A stretch of DNA of 64,000 bases from Candidatus Levyibacteriota bacterium (GTDB taxonomy: Bacteria > Patescibacteriota > Microgenomatia > Levybacterales > UBA12049): contig JBDRBE010000004.1 of assembly GCA_043823085.1 (NCBI GenBank), positions 342,780-406,779 on the forward strand, in the 5' to 3' direction. A program made the translations under genes and the position numbers. Under the pieces are notes generated by a model that did no database searches, was not told the DNA's origin, and saw nothing but the letters and a program-made list of their open reading frames with translations. The stretch's first letter is position 1; each line of letters begins with the position of its first letter. This document shows positions 46,505 through 54,679 of the stretch, in pieces.

Positions 46505-47125
46505 TTACTTGCGAGGAGAAACGACAAACCCAACTCCAAGATCCCACCGGTCATCAAGGTCAGCATAAAGAGCACCCAACCACAACCCGTCCTCGTAGCG
46601 TACAACATACAAGACATCCGGACCGCCGCTCGAGTCAGTAACGGGTTCCATGACTCCAACCAAAGGTTTTCCTGTTTCAACATGGATATTGCCTTTTACT
46701 GCTTCTATTGCAATTTTTAACATTGCTTCCGCAGAAACCTTGTCTCCAAACTCTTCTGCTTTTCCCCAAACTTGCTTGGTTGTTGGATAATCACTACGTA
46801 TTCCCATGGTGCGGGCATCCATGACTACGGGATTTAGGGGTTCTTGGGGAGCAGTAGACCCTCTTTGAAGAATATATCTTCCCCAAATTCCGAGCCTTAG
46901 CCCTTCTGTGGAATCTGCCAATTTTTCCATATCTCCATTACTCATACCTGCCGTTTCAATTTCGGGGAGACGAATTGCTCCTTCAGGAAAAGGAGAAACT
47001 TTTAAAAGCCTCTCTAAACCTCTTTGTCTTGCAATTTTTGCCAATCCAAAAAGCCCTTTAGAAATATCTTCATTGCCAAAACGGCCATTAAATTCTTTAG
47101 CTAATTTTTCTAAATCTGCTGCCAT
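46505..47125 (-). CDS. hypothetical protein in a GC-rich (about 50%) islet
   Basis: 206-aa ORF. Markedly higher GC than its surroundings. Adjacent to the transposase remnant. Confidence 0.4.
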   Translation of the reverse strand: MAADLEKLAKEFNGRFGNEDISKGLFGLAKIARQRGLERLLKVSPFPEGAIRLPEIETAGMSNGDMEKLADSTEGLRLGIWGRYILQRGSTAPQEPLNPVVMDARTMGIRSDYPTTKQVWGKAEEFGDKVSAEAMLKIAIEAVKGNIHVETGKPLVGVMEPVTDSSGGPDVLYVVRYEDGLWLGALYADLDDRWDLGVGFVVSPRK

Positions 47126-47145
47126 TGAAAGTAGATGTTATCATA

Positions 47146-47511
47146 CTATGAGTTGATTGTCAATACCTCGGCGATTTTGGTAAAGTCTTTGGTGGCAAAT
47201 TTTGGCGGTTTTTTGTAATGAGGAGTTAAATGGACATGAGCGTGAGGCACATCAATTCCAATAACTCCCATCTGTATCCAATCTGCTCCTAATTTTTCCT
47301 TTAATAAAAGCGCAATTTCCTTAACCTTTTGGAAATACTCGGAGTAATTTTCCACCTCCCAAACCCACTCGTAATGTTTTTTTGGAATCACCAGCGTATG
47401 TCCGACGCCAAACGGATTAATGTCTAAAAAAGCAAGAAAATCCTTATCCTCATAGACCTTATAGCTTGGCAATTCACTTTTGACAATTTTACAAAAAACA
47501 CAACCTGTCAT
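47146..47511 (-). CDS. HIT family (histidine triad) hydrolase
   Basis: Segment GCVFCKI and the HxHxH motif PHAHVHLTPH. Confidence 0.75.
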   Translation of the reverse strand: MTGCVFCKIVKSELPSYKVYEDKDFLAFLDINPFGVGHTLVIPKKHYEWVWEVENYSEYFQKVKEIALLLKEKLGADWIQMGVIGIDVPHAHVHLTPHYKKPPKFATKDFTKIAEVLTINS

Positions 47512-47608
47512 TGCTTCATTGCTGCATTGCTCCATTGTTATCTTTAGCAATGGAACAATTGAACAATCCAACAATGTTCTTTTAAAACGACTGTGCCTTT
47601 TAATTCTA

Positions 47609-48676
47609 TTATATTTTTTCTAAAACTTGAATAATCTGTTTTAAAGTTAATCTTGATGCTCTCATTTTTGGGTTTTTGGCACTGCCGTTTAGAAGCATTT
47701 TCTTTGATACGTGCAAAAACCACGATGCTTGCGGATCCATTTTTTTGAATTTTTCATAAACCAAAGTCAGATCTGCTCCTTTTTCTCCGCTGACACTGGG
47801 CCGCGCTTTTATCCTTACATATCCTTTTCTCGGATCGCGTCTTACAACTATTGCATACCCCATTTTTTGCGCCAATTTTATAACCGAGTCATTAACTGTC
47901 TCAACACCCAAACCTTTCCCCCATCTTGTCTTAAACTCAATTCCTTTCTCGGCGATTTCTTTTTCGGCCCAAACTCTGTTTTCAAAATCATGTAAAATTG
48001 CATCAAGGCACTGCGAAATAAAATCAACATAAAAATTATCATCATTTGGCTTTTCAAGTTTCAACCCGTCTAAAATTCCTAAAATTGCAAAATCATGATA
48101 AAAAGCCGTAGGATTTTCCCACAAAGCTTCTCTAAAATGATCAATATCTGTCACAACCTTTACAATTCTACCTATGGCTTCGCTCTTGTCTTTCATTCTC
48201 TCGCTCTCCGAACTTTGAACTTTGCCCTGAACTTGTCGGATGGATGAATTTTGAACTTTCTTGATGTAGTCCCAAACCAAACTGGATGCGCTGATGCTTT
48301 CATCGGAAGTTAAATGATGGTCCAAAGGTCCAAGTCCAGTATCAACATGAATCATTTCGTTGTCATCAATCTTCTCGATAGCATCTAAAGAAGAATTTTT
48401 GCCGCGGGGAGGCACAAAATTTTCGCTGTTCGCATCTTGTCGAGCGCCAATGCGTTGATGAACGCCTTGAGACTCATCGCGAGACAACTGCGGAACAAGA
48501 AAATTTTCGTGCCGACCTAAGCGGCTCAAACCCTCTTTTCCTCTCACTCGCAACCTTTCTCCCGATAAAACAAATCTCACTTCTGCATTTTCCCATCCTG
48601 CTAAAAATCTTTTTGTCAACCAAACCGAGCAAATCGCATCTAAATCAGGAGAAGTATGGGTAACAACAATTTTCAT
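47609..48676 (-). CDS. DHH family phosphoesterase (NrnA-like) carrying an in-frame MITE insertion
   Basis: DHH motif I HTSPDLDAICS and the DHH motif in VDTGLGPLDHH. A 125-nt MITE copy at 48401-48525 is translated between them. A GAACTTTG-repeat insert lies at about 48181-48260. Confidence 0.6.
   Translation of the reverse strand: MKIVVTHTSPDLDAICSVWLTKRFLAGWENAEVRFVLSGERLRVRGKEGLSRLGRHENFLVPQLSRDESQGVHQRIGARQDANSENFVPPRGKNSSLDAIEKIDDNEMIHVDTGLGPLDHHLTSDESISASSLVWDYIKKVQNSSIRQVQGKVQSSESERMKDKSEAIGRIVKVVTDIDHFREALWENPTAFYHDFAILGILDGLKLEKPNDDNFYVDFISQCLDAILHDFENRVWAEKEIAEKGIEFKTRWGKGLGVETVNDSVIKLAQKMGYAIVVRRDPRKGYVRIKARPSVSGEKGADLTLVYEKFKKMDPQASWFLHVSKKMLLNGSAKNPKMRASRLTLKQIIQVLEKI
48401..48525. 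mobile_element. MITE-like element copy inside the DHH phosphoesterase reading frame
   Basis: GGCACAAAATTTTCGCTGTTCGCAT ... CTGCGGAACAAGAAAATTTTCGTGCCGAC. 125 nt, which is about 42 codons with no stop. Confidence 0.6.
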
Positions 48677-48897
48677 ATACTGTAAGTATACAAAAAATTC
48701 AAACTCTTGACAAACTTTTAAAAATGTTACAATATATTATTATACCGAATTTTTGAGGTGGGAAGTGGGATTTTCTTGAACTTGATTTCTTGATAATTTG
48801 ATTTCTAGATATCAAGATTTCAAGACTTCAATTCGTCAGCTGACGAATCAAGATCGAAGACGTCAAGGATATCTAACTTCAAGAATTCCAAATAATT
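48677..48897. repeat. palindromic intergenic element plus overlapping divergent promoters
   Basis: GGTGGGAAGTGGGATTTTCTTGAACTTGA ... TTCGTCAGCTGACGAA. TTGACA on the plus strand at 48706. On the minus strand, TTGTCA-N17-TATACT-N6-ATG serves the DHH gene. Confidence 0.55.
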
Positions 48898-49371
48898 ATG
48901 GACCCGAAAACTGCCCAATTAGATCCTAAACTGAAAGAAGCCTACGAACGCGTTATGGGCACAGCCGTTCCCAAAACGCAAACTCCCCAAGCTCCTCAAA
49001 CTCCCCAACCTCTAACGCCAGTGAAGGAGGCCTCCATTCCTACGGCTAATACCAAAGGAGTTATCATACCCCCTGTCCAAAATCCTTCAGTTGCGCCCGT
49101 TGCTCCAAATACTCCAACACCAGGAATTATTACTAATTCGGGAATAACAACTCCTTCTGTTAAAACTCCGGTTTCTCCATCTATAAATAAAGGAACAAGT
49201 TTTAGCGCAACTGCTGGCAAAGGGGGGTCAGGAGGATTTCCCAGAATTTTAATTTTTCTTTTTCTGCTGATCTTTTTTGTAGGATACGGTATATTTTGGA
49301 TTAAATTCTTTAAACTCTCTGTCCCTTATCTTTCCGACCTTGTCATCCCCGGCCTTGGCAAAGTCTTTTAA
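48898..49371 (+). CDS. hypothetical Pro/Thr-rich protein with a C-terminal TM anchor
   Basis: 157 aa. PQTPQ repeats. C-terminus FPRILIFLFLLIFFVGYGIFWI. Confidence 0.4.
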   Translation: MDPKTAQLDPKLKEAYERVMGTAVPKTQTPQAPQTPQPLTPVKEASIPTANTKGVIIPPVQNPSVAPVAPNTPTPGIITNSGITTPSVKTPVSPSINKGTSFSATAGKGGSGGFPRILIFLFLLIFFVGYGIFWIKFFKLSVPYLSDLVIPGLGKVF

Positions 49372-51079
49372 TTACTTCGTCTATTGTTAACATTTCTGTT
49401 TCGCTTTTAGCTCTTTCTTTGCATTCAATTTTATCACCGGTTTTGCCTGAAATTACTAAACGTATTGGACAACCGATTAAATCGCAGTCGGCGAATTTTT
49501 CCCCTGCCGAAATATCTCTATCGTCATAAAAAACCTCAATCCCCGCATCTTGCAATTTTTCATAAATTTCATCCGCCATTTTGTTGATTGTTGATTGTTG
49601 ATTGTTGATTGTTACGAGGTGTACCAAGTATGGTGCAACCGCTTCCGGCCACTTAATCCCTTTATCATCAGAGTGAACTTCAACAACCGCCGCCATTGTC
49701 CTTGCAATTCCAATTCCATAACAACCCATGTAATATGGTTTTTCTTTTCCGTTTTCGTCTGTAAAAGTGGCGCCTTTCATTTTTGAAGAATAGTGAAATC
49801 CAAGCTGAAAAATATTTCCAACCTCAATCCCCCGTTTTTCTATCAGTTTTTGACCGTTTGGCGCGGCGTATCCTGCTTTTGCAAGCTTGAACTCATAAAA
49901 CTTTTCAGGCTTGGGCAAGTCCCTGCCAAAATTTACATTAATATTGTGAATATTGGTTTTATTCGAACCCATTTCAAAATTCTTTCTTCCTCTCATTGAC
50001 TCATCCATAAAAATTCTGACATCTTTTGGTAAATTCAAAAGCCCGGCATATCCCACTTCTGCTCCTGTTATTTTTCTGACAGTCTCGGCCGACGCAAGCT
50101 TTAAAGAATAAACTTTGGCAACATGCGAGAGCTTAGTTTCATTTATCTCAAAATCTCCTCTGACTGCCGCGGCAATAACTTTTCCATTCTCGTCTTCAAA
50201 GAGAAGTGTTTTTGTGGTTTGTTCAACCGGAATATCAAGAAACTTCGCCAGCTCAAAAACTCCAATAATCCCTTTGCCCTCAACTTCTTCCATCGGCCTC
50301 TCTTCTTCACCGCTTTCTATTTGGTTTAATGAAAGTTTTGCAACGTCTTCATGGACACAATAACTTCCATCCTCTGTTGTCAAATACCTGCTTTCTCCGC
50401 TTTCATGTTCCACCACAAATTCATGACAATATTCCCCCCCGATATAACCGTTATCCGATTCAACAATAATAGTTTTCAACCCCAAACGCTCAAAAATTTT
50501 AGTGTAAGTTTTTTTCATTTTTTCATACTCTTTTTTGAAATCTTCCTCTGTTGTATGAAAAGAATATCCGTCTTTCATCACAAATTCTTTAACTCGCAAA
50601 AGCCCCCCCCGCGGCCGCAGTTCATCCCGAAACTTGGTAGAAAATTGGTAGAGATTAAAAGGCAAATCTTTGTAGCTTATCTGAAATTTACGAACTAAAT
50701 CAACCAGCATTTCCTCTGCTGTCCCACCCAAAACAAATTCCATTTCGTTTCTGTCTTTAACTTTTACAAGTTCAAAACCAACCGAATTTGTGCGGTTTGT
50801 TTCTTTCCATAAAGCAACCGGATGAAGAATTGGTGCTGTGATTTCCTGCGCACCTGCTTTATCCATTTCAACTTTTATAATATCTTGAATTTTCTGGTGG
50901 ACTTTTTGGCCAAGCGGTAAAAAATAATAACGCCCTGCTGTACTTTCGCGGATAAATCCTGCCTTATAAAGAAGTTTATGGGAAGTAATAACCGCATCCT
51001 TTGGCGCTTCCCGAATTGTTCTTCCAAACAGTTTTGAATATCTCATAACAAAAGTATAGCACAAATCCGCGATTGTCAT
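49343..51079 (-). CDS. proS: prolyl-tRNA synthetase (bacterial type), carrying an in-frame heptamer-repeat insertion
   Basis: Class II motifs and an anticodon-binding C-terminus. (TTGTTGA)x4 at 49581-49615 encodes TINNQQSTIN in the linker. Confidence 0.9.
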   Translation of the reverse strand: MTIADLCYTFVMRYSKLFGRTIREAPKDAVITSHKLLYKAGFIRESTAGRYYFLPLGQKVHQKIQDIIKVEMDKAGAQEITAPILHPVALWKETNRTNSVGFELVKVKDRNEMEFVLGGTAEEMLVDLVRKFQISYKDLPFNLYQFSTKFRDELRPRGGLLRVKEFVMKDGYSFHTTEEDFKKEYEKMKKTYTKIFERLGLKTIIVESDNGYIGGEYCHEFVVEHESGESRYLTTEDGSYCVHEDVAKLSLNQIESGEEERPMEEVEGKGIIGVFELAKFLDIPVEQTTKTLLFEDENGKVIAAAVRGDFEINETKLSHVAKVYSLKLASAETVRKITGAEVGYAGLLNLPKDVRIFMDESMRGRKNFEMGSNKTNIHNINVNFGRDLPKPEKFYEFKLAKAGYAAPNGQKLIEKRGIEVGNIFQLGFHYSSKMKGATFTDENGKEKPYYMGCYGIGIARTMAAVVEVHSDDKGIKWPEAVAPYLVHLVTINNQQSTINKMADEIYEKLQDAGIEVFYDDRDISAGEKFADCDLIGCPIRLVISGKTGDKIECKERAKSETEMLTIDEVIKRLCQGRG

Positions 51080-51146
51080 TCTGACCTAAACCATCTTATA
51101 GTCCATCTTGACTTCCAGCCCGAAAGGACTATAATAACGGTTAGAT

Positions 51147-52595
51147 ATGACTACTAGCGAACTTGGGCCTCGTTATGAAGCAGATCCTTCAATGTCGCGG
51201 GCAGAAAGAGTTCTTGCCGACGCGCGATCTATTTTAAAAGAACGGAGGGGTTTTAGTAATACTGCTCATTTAGAATGTCTTTACGGTCATAAGTTGCCAA
51301 CTGGAATTTTGCAAAAATGTCCAGAGTGTCCAGATGATGTTTTTCCTGCCAGCCGCTTATCTGTCAAGTATGACTTTCCCGAAAAATTAAATCCAAATGA
51401 GTTAAAAGCCCGTTGGGAATTTAGAAAATTATCACAAAACCCTACTGATACAAGTGGCGTTTGGCGCTTTAGAGAACTTTCTCCTTTCTGCGACGATGCA
51501 GAGAAAGTTGTTACATTGGGCGAGGGAAATACACGTCTGCTAGATGCTCCAACATGTGCGATGTATGTAGGCTATGATAAGGAACATTGCGATAATCTAA
51601 AATTCAAACACCAAGGTGATAATCCTACAAGATCGTTTAAAGACCCAGGCATGACCGCCGGCATAACATATGCGAATATGTTAGACATGGTTGGAATTAT
51701 TGTTGCTTCCACGGGAAATACATCAGCATCAGCCGCAGCTTATGCCAGAAAAGCAGGTATGACTCCCTTTGTTCTTGTGCCAAAAGGCGAAGTCTCAAAA
51801 GCTAAATTGGCTCAAGTCTTAGACTATGGAGCTCATGTTGCTCTTGTCAACGGAGATTTTGACAAATCAATGGCGCTTGTTGAAGAAGTAGCCCCAAAAC
51901 TAGGCATCATGGTTGTTAATTCATCTAATCCTTTCCGCATGGAAGGACAAAAAACAATCGCACCTGAATTGTTGGAACAATTAAATTGGGAAATTCCAGA
52001 TGTAATTGTTGTTCCCGGGGGAAATCTTGGAAATGTGTCATCTCTCTATAAAGGTCTTCGAGAATTAAAAGAACTAGGCTTTATTGATAAATTACCTAGA
52101 CTAGTTGTTGTACAGGTAGAGGGCGCAAATCCGTTGTTTAAGGCATTTGCAGAAAAACATCCTGACGAACTTATCCCAGTCAAAGCAGATACTCTGCTTA
52201 CTGCTGTCCGGATTGGTAATCCTGTTCGTTTCAAATACGCGGTCGAGGCAATAGAAGAAACAGGCGGGTGTGTCGTTGAGGTTTCGGAGCAAGAAGCAGC
52301 TTGGGGCAAAGAAGAAATAGGCATAGCCGGAATTGGATGCGAACCAGCCTCAGCGCTTACTCTGGCAGGTACAAAGAAACTACTTGAACAAGGAAAAATT
52401 ACACAGGAAGAAAAAGCTGTTTTAGTTCTTACAGGAGACGTTCTAAAAGATCCAAACTATTCAGCTAATTTTCATGCAGGCGAATTAAGTTTTCATGACC
52501 AACTTATTTTGCCAAAACGCGAGAATAAGCTAACTGAAATTTCTAATGAGTACGAAATGAAAAGATGGATTAGCACTTGTACAAAAAACACTTAG
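51147..52595 (+). CDS. thrC: threonine synthase family PLP-dependent enzyme with an N-terminal extension
   Basis: PLP-Lys motif NPTRSFKDPGMT and the glycine-rich loop. About 100-aa N-terminal extension containing CPECPDD. Confidence 0.65.
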   Translation: MTTSELGPRYEADPSMSRAERVLADARSILKERRGFSNTAHLECLYGHKLPTGILQKCPECPDDVFPASRLSVKYDFPEKLNPNELKARWEFRKLSQNPTDTSGVWRFRELSPFCDDAEKVVTLGEGNTRLLDAPTCAMYVGYDKEHCDNLKFKHQGDNPTRSFKDPGMTAGITYANMLDMVGIIVASTGNTSASAAAYARKAGMTPFVLVPKGEVSKAKLAQVLDYGAHVALVNGDFDKSMALVEEVAPKLGIMVVNSSNPFRMEGQKTIAPELLEQLNWEIPDVIVVPGGNLGNVSSLYKGLRELKELGFIDKLPRLVVVQVEGANPLFKAFAEKHPDELIPVKADTLLTAVRIGNPVRFKYAVEAIEETGGCVVEVSEQEAAWGKEEIGIAGIGCEPASALTLAGTKKLLEQGKITQEEKAVLVLTGDVLKDPNYSANFHAGELSFHDQLILPKRENKLTEISNEYEMKRWISTCTKNT

Positions 52596-52604
52596 TTATT
52601 GTTT

Positions 52605-53606
52605 TTACTTCTTCTTCACCGGATGTCTTCCAAATTGCCAGCGCATGGCGGCAACCACTTTGTTACGAAATCCGTTTGGTGATATTTCTTTATCTTTATC
52701 TGAATTATCGCGAACGCAAACTGATGCGTTAAGGACTGGCGTCTCAACACCCATTTTCTTTGCCATTTCAACAGTCCAGTGCCCCTCCCCTTTTGTTTTT
52801 CCAGAACCTCCGCCTGAACCAATGACCGATGAAATATCCGAAAGGTTTTGGTCTTTTTTTAATTCATTTAAAGTCCAGCCAACTAAACGCGATTCTATTA
52901 TTGAACCGTTATTGTAAATTCGAAAGACTTCGCTAAGGTCATATTTAAACGGAGCATATTTTAAAATCGCCGCGCCTTCGCCAATTGCCTCCATCATGCC
53001 ATATTCAATTCCGTTGTGAATTGTCTTGGCAAAATGTCCAGCTCCAATTGGCCCCAAATGCGCGTAGCCGTCTTTTCTGGCAGCAGATTTTAGAATCGGC
53101 TCAATTCTTTTGAAGTCTTCTTTTTGCCCTCCGACCATAATACATGCGCCATTTCTTGCTCCTTCTATTCCTCCGCTTATTCCGCAGTCCATATAATGAA
53201 TTTGTTTTTTTGCTAAAGTTTTTGCACGCCGCAAAGTATGTGTGTAAAGCGAATTTCCTCCGTCAATTATCAAATCGCCAGAGGATAATTTATCCATCAA
53301 CTCGTTTAAAACCGCATCAACGGCCTCTCCAGCGCTAACCATCAGCCAGATTATTCGTGGGGTCTTTAAAGTTTTAACTAATTCTTCTAAGGTTTTTGTT
53401 GTTGTTAAATTCCCACCATTTGAATTATGAATTATGAATTTTGAATTATGAATTTTTTTATTTTTCCATAATTCCTGATTCCTAATTCTTAATTCTTCTA
53501 TCGATTCTTTTGATCGATTCCACGCCACAATTTCCATCCCCTCTTCCAAAAGATGCAAAACCATTGCCTTTCCCATTTTGCCCAAACCAATAAATCCAAT
53601 CTTCAT
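52605..53606 (-). CDS. gnd: 6-phosphogluconate dehydrogenase-like NAD(P)-binding protein (short form), carrying an in-frame repeat insertion
   Basis: N-terminus MKIGFIGLGKMGKAM is a Rossmann fold. C-terminal 6PGDH domain. AATTCATAATTCA-type repeats at 53421-53500 encode RIRNQELWKNKKIHNSKFIIHNSNGG. Confidence 0.65.
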   Translation of the reverse strand: MKIGFIGLGKMGKAMVLHLLEEGMEIVAWNRSKESIEELRIRNQELWKNKKIHNSKFIIHNSNGGNLTTTKTLEELVKTLKTPRIIWLMVSAGEAVDAVLNELMDKLSSGDLIIDGGNSLYTHTLRRAKTLAKKQIHYMDCGISGGIEGARNGACIMVGGQKEDFKRIEPILKSAARKDGYAHLGPIGAGHFAKTIHNGIEYGMMEAIGEGAAILKYAPFKYDLSEVFRIYNNGSIIESRLVGWTLNELKKDQNLSDISSVIGSGGGSGKTKGEGHWTVEMAKKMGVETPVLNASVCVRDNSDKDKEISPNGFRNKVVAAMRWQFGRHPVKKK

Positions 53607-53666
53607 AATAGAAATTCTTACATTTATAAATAAGAGAGTCAAGTCCTAAATTATTTAAACAAATAA

Positions 53667-53703
53667 ACAAAATACTACAGTGCTATGTAGTGCTAAAGTT
53701 TAG
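53667..53703. promoter_or_regulatory. 37-bp repeat ACAAAATACTACAGTGCTATGTAGTGCTAAAGTTTAG, 3' copy, overlapping the stop of the TrpR-like gene
   Basis: 34 of 37 identical to the copy at 54250-54286. Contains CTACA..TGTAG and TAGCGCTA-like dyads. Confidence 0.5.
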
Positions 53704-54238
53704 AACGCAAAAGTTTTTCAATACGCCTATGGAGCTCGTTTTTTTCGTCCAGCTTCTTTAACACATTGCTTATTTTGTCTTTCTGTTTTTGACTCGCACT
53801 TTCTATTACTTTTTCCAAAAGAAGCTCCGGCCAAAAATACAAAGCATGTCTTCTTTTAAATTTATCCCAATCTGAAATATCTGCCCAACTTTTTCCCTTC
53901 TCTATTTCTTGTTTAGGAAGTTTTTTTATTATATTCCTAAAACCATCTCCTCTTTCTGAAAGCCAAACAGCTATCTTCGCAATAGTGGCATAACTTACAT
54001 GCAATTGCCGATTCACTTTTTGATAAGTCAATCCTTTTATCAAAAGTTTTGCTATTCTTAATCTTTTAGATAAAATTTGAACTTCTTTCTTTGTCAATAA
54101 ATCTTGAAGAAATAAAGCAGCCTCGCCGATATTTCCTGTATAAACTAATGCATTAAGTAAATCAAAAAATAAGTCTCTCTGTTCATTTTTTGAAAGCTTT
54201 TCAATTCTTCTTGGTTTTTCAAAAAATGTTTTATTCAT
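53693..54238 (-). CDS. TrpR-like (YerC/YecD family) DNA-binding protein, second paralog
   Basis: HTH region TYQKVNRQLHVSYATIAKIAVWL. Family similarity to the 36560 protein. Confidence 0.6.
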   Translation of the reverse strand: MNKTFFEKPRRIEKLSKNEQRDLFFDLLNALVYTGNIGEAALFLQDLLTKKEVQILSKRLRIAKLLIKGLTYQKVNRQLHVSYATIAKIAVWLSERGDGFRNIIKKLPKQEIEKGKSWADISDWDKFKRRHALYFWPELLLEKVIESASQKQKDKISNVLKKLDEKNELHRRIEKLLRSKL

Positions 54239-54249
54239 AAAATGAACTA

Positions 54250-54286
54250 ACAAAATACTACAGTGCTATGTAGCGCTAAAGTATAG
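54250..54286. promoter_or_regulatory. 37-bp repeat, 5' copy, just upstream of the TrpR-like start (putative operator with a TATACT -10)
   Basis: In gene orientation, TATACT is followed directly by the TAGCGCTA palindrome and the CTACA-N6-TGTAG dyad. Confidence 0.5.
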
Positions 54287-54352
54287 ACGTAATTAGCCTA
54301 ACATATTAATTATGGAAGAATCAATAAGAAGAATTCGCAAGATAATTGGAGA

Positions 54353-54679
54353 TTATTTGATTACGCTTCCCTCCGGAACTTCTTTGTCGGGAGATAAAAG
54401 AACGCATTTACCATCAACATCAACTGCCATAAGCATCCCCTGACTTTCCAATCCTTTTATAACTTTTTGTTCCATATTCATAATAAAAGTAGATTCTTTT
54501 CCAATTAAAGTTTCAGGCTTATAAAACTCCGCAATGCCAGAAATTACTTGTCTTTTTTCAGCACCGAAGTCAACTTCAAGTTTTAATAATTTATCAGCAC
54601 CTGCTACCTTTTCCGCCGCCAAAACTTTCCCAATTCTTATTTCTAATTTCTCAAAATCTTTAAAACCTACTGTATCCAT
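54353..54679 (-). CDS. tRNA-binding domain protein (CsaA/Trbp111/EMAPII-like)
   Basis: MDTVGFKDFEKLEIRIGKV..KLEVDFG matches the tRNA-binding OB fold. Confidence 0.65.
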   Translation of the reverse strand: MDTVGFKDFEKLEIRIGKVLAAEKVAGADKLLKLEVDFGAEKRQVISGIAEFYKPETLIGKESTFIMNMEQKVIKGLESQGMLMAVDVDGKCVLLSPDKEVPEGSVIK

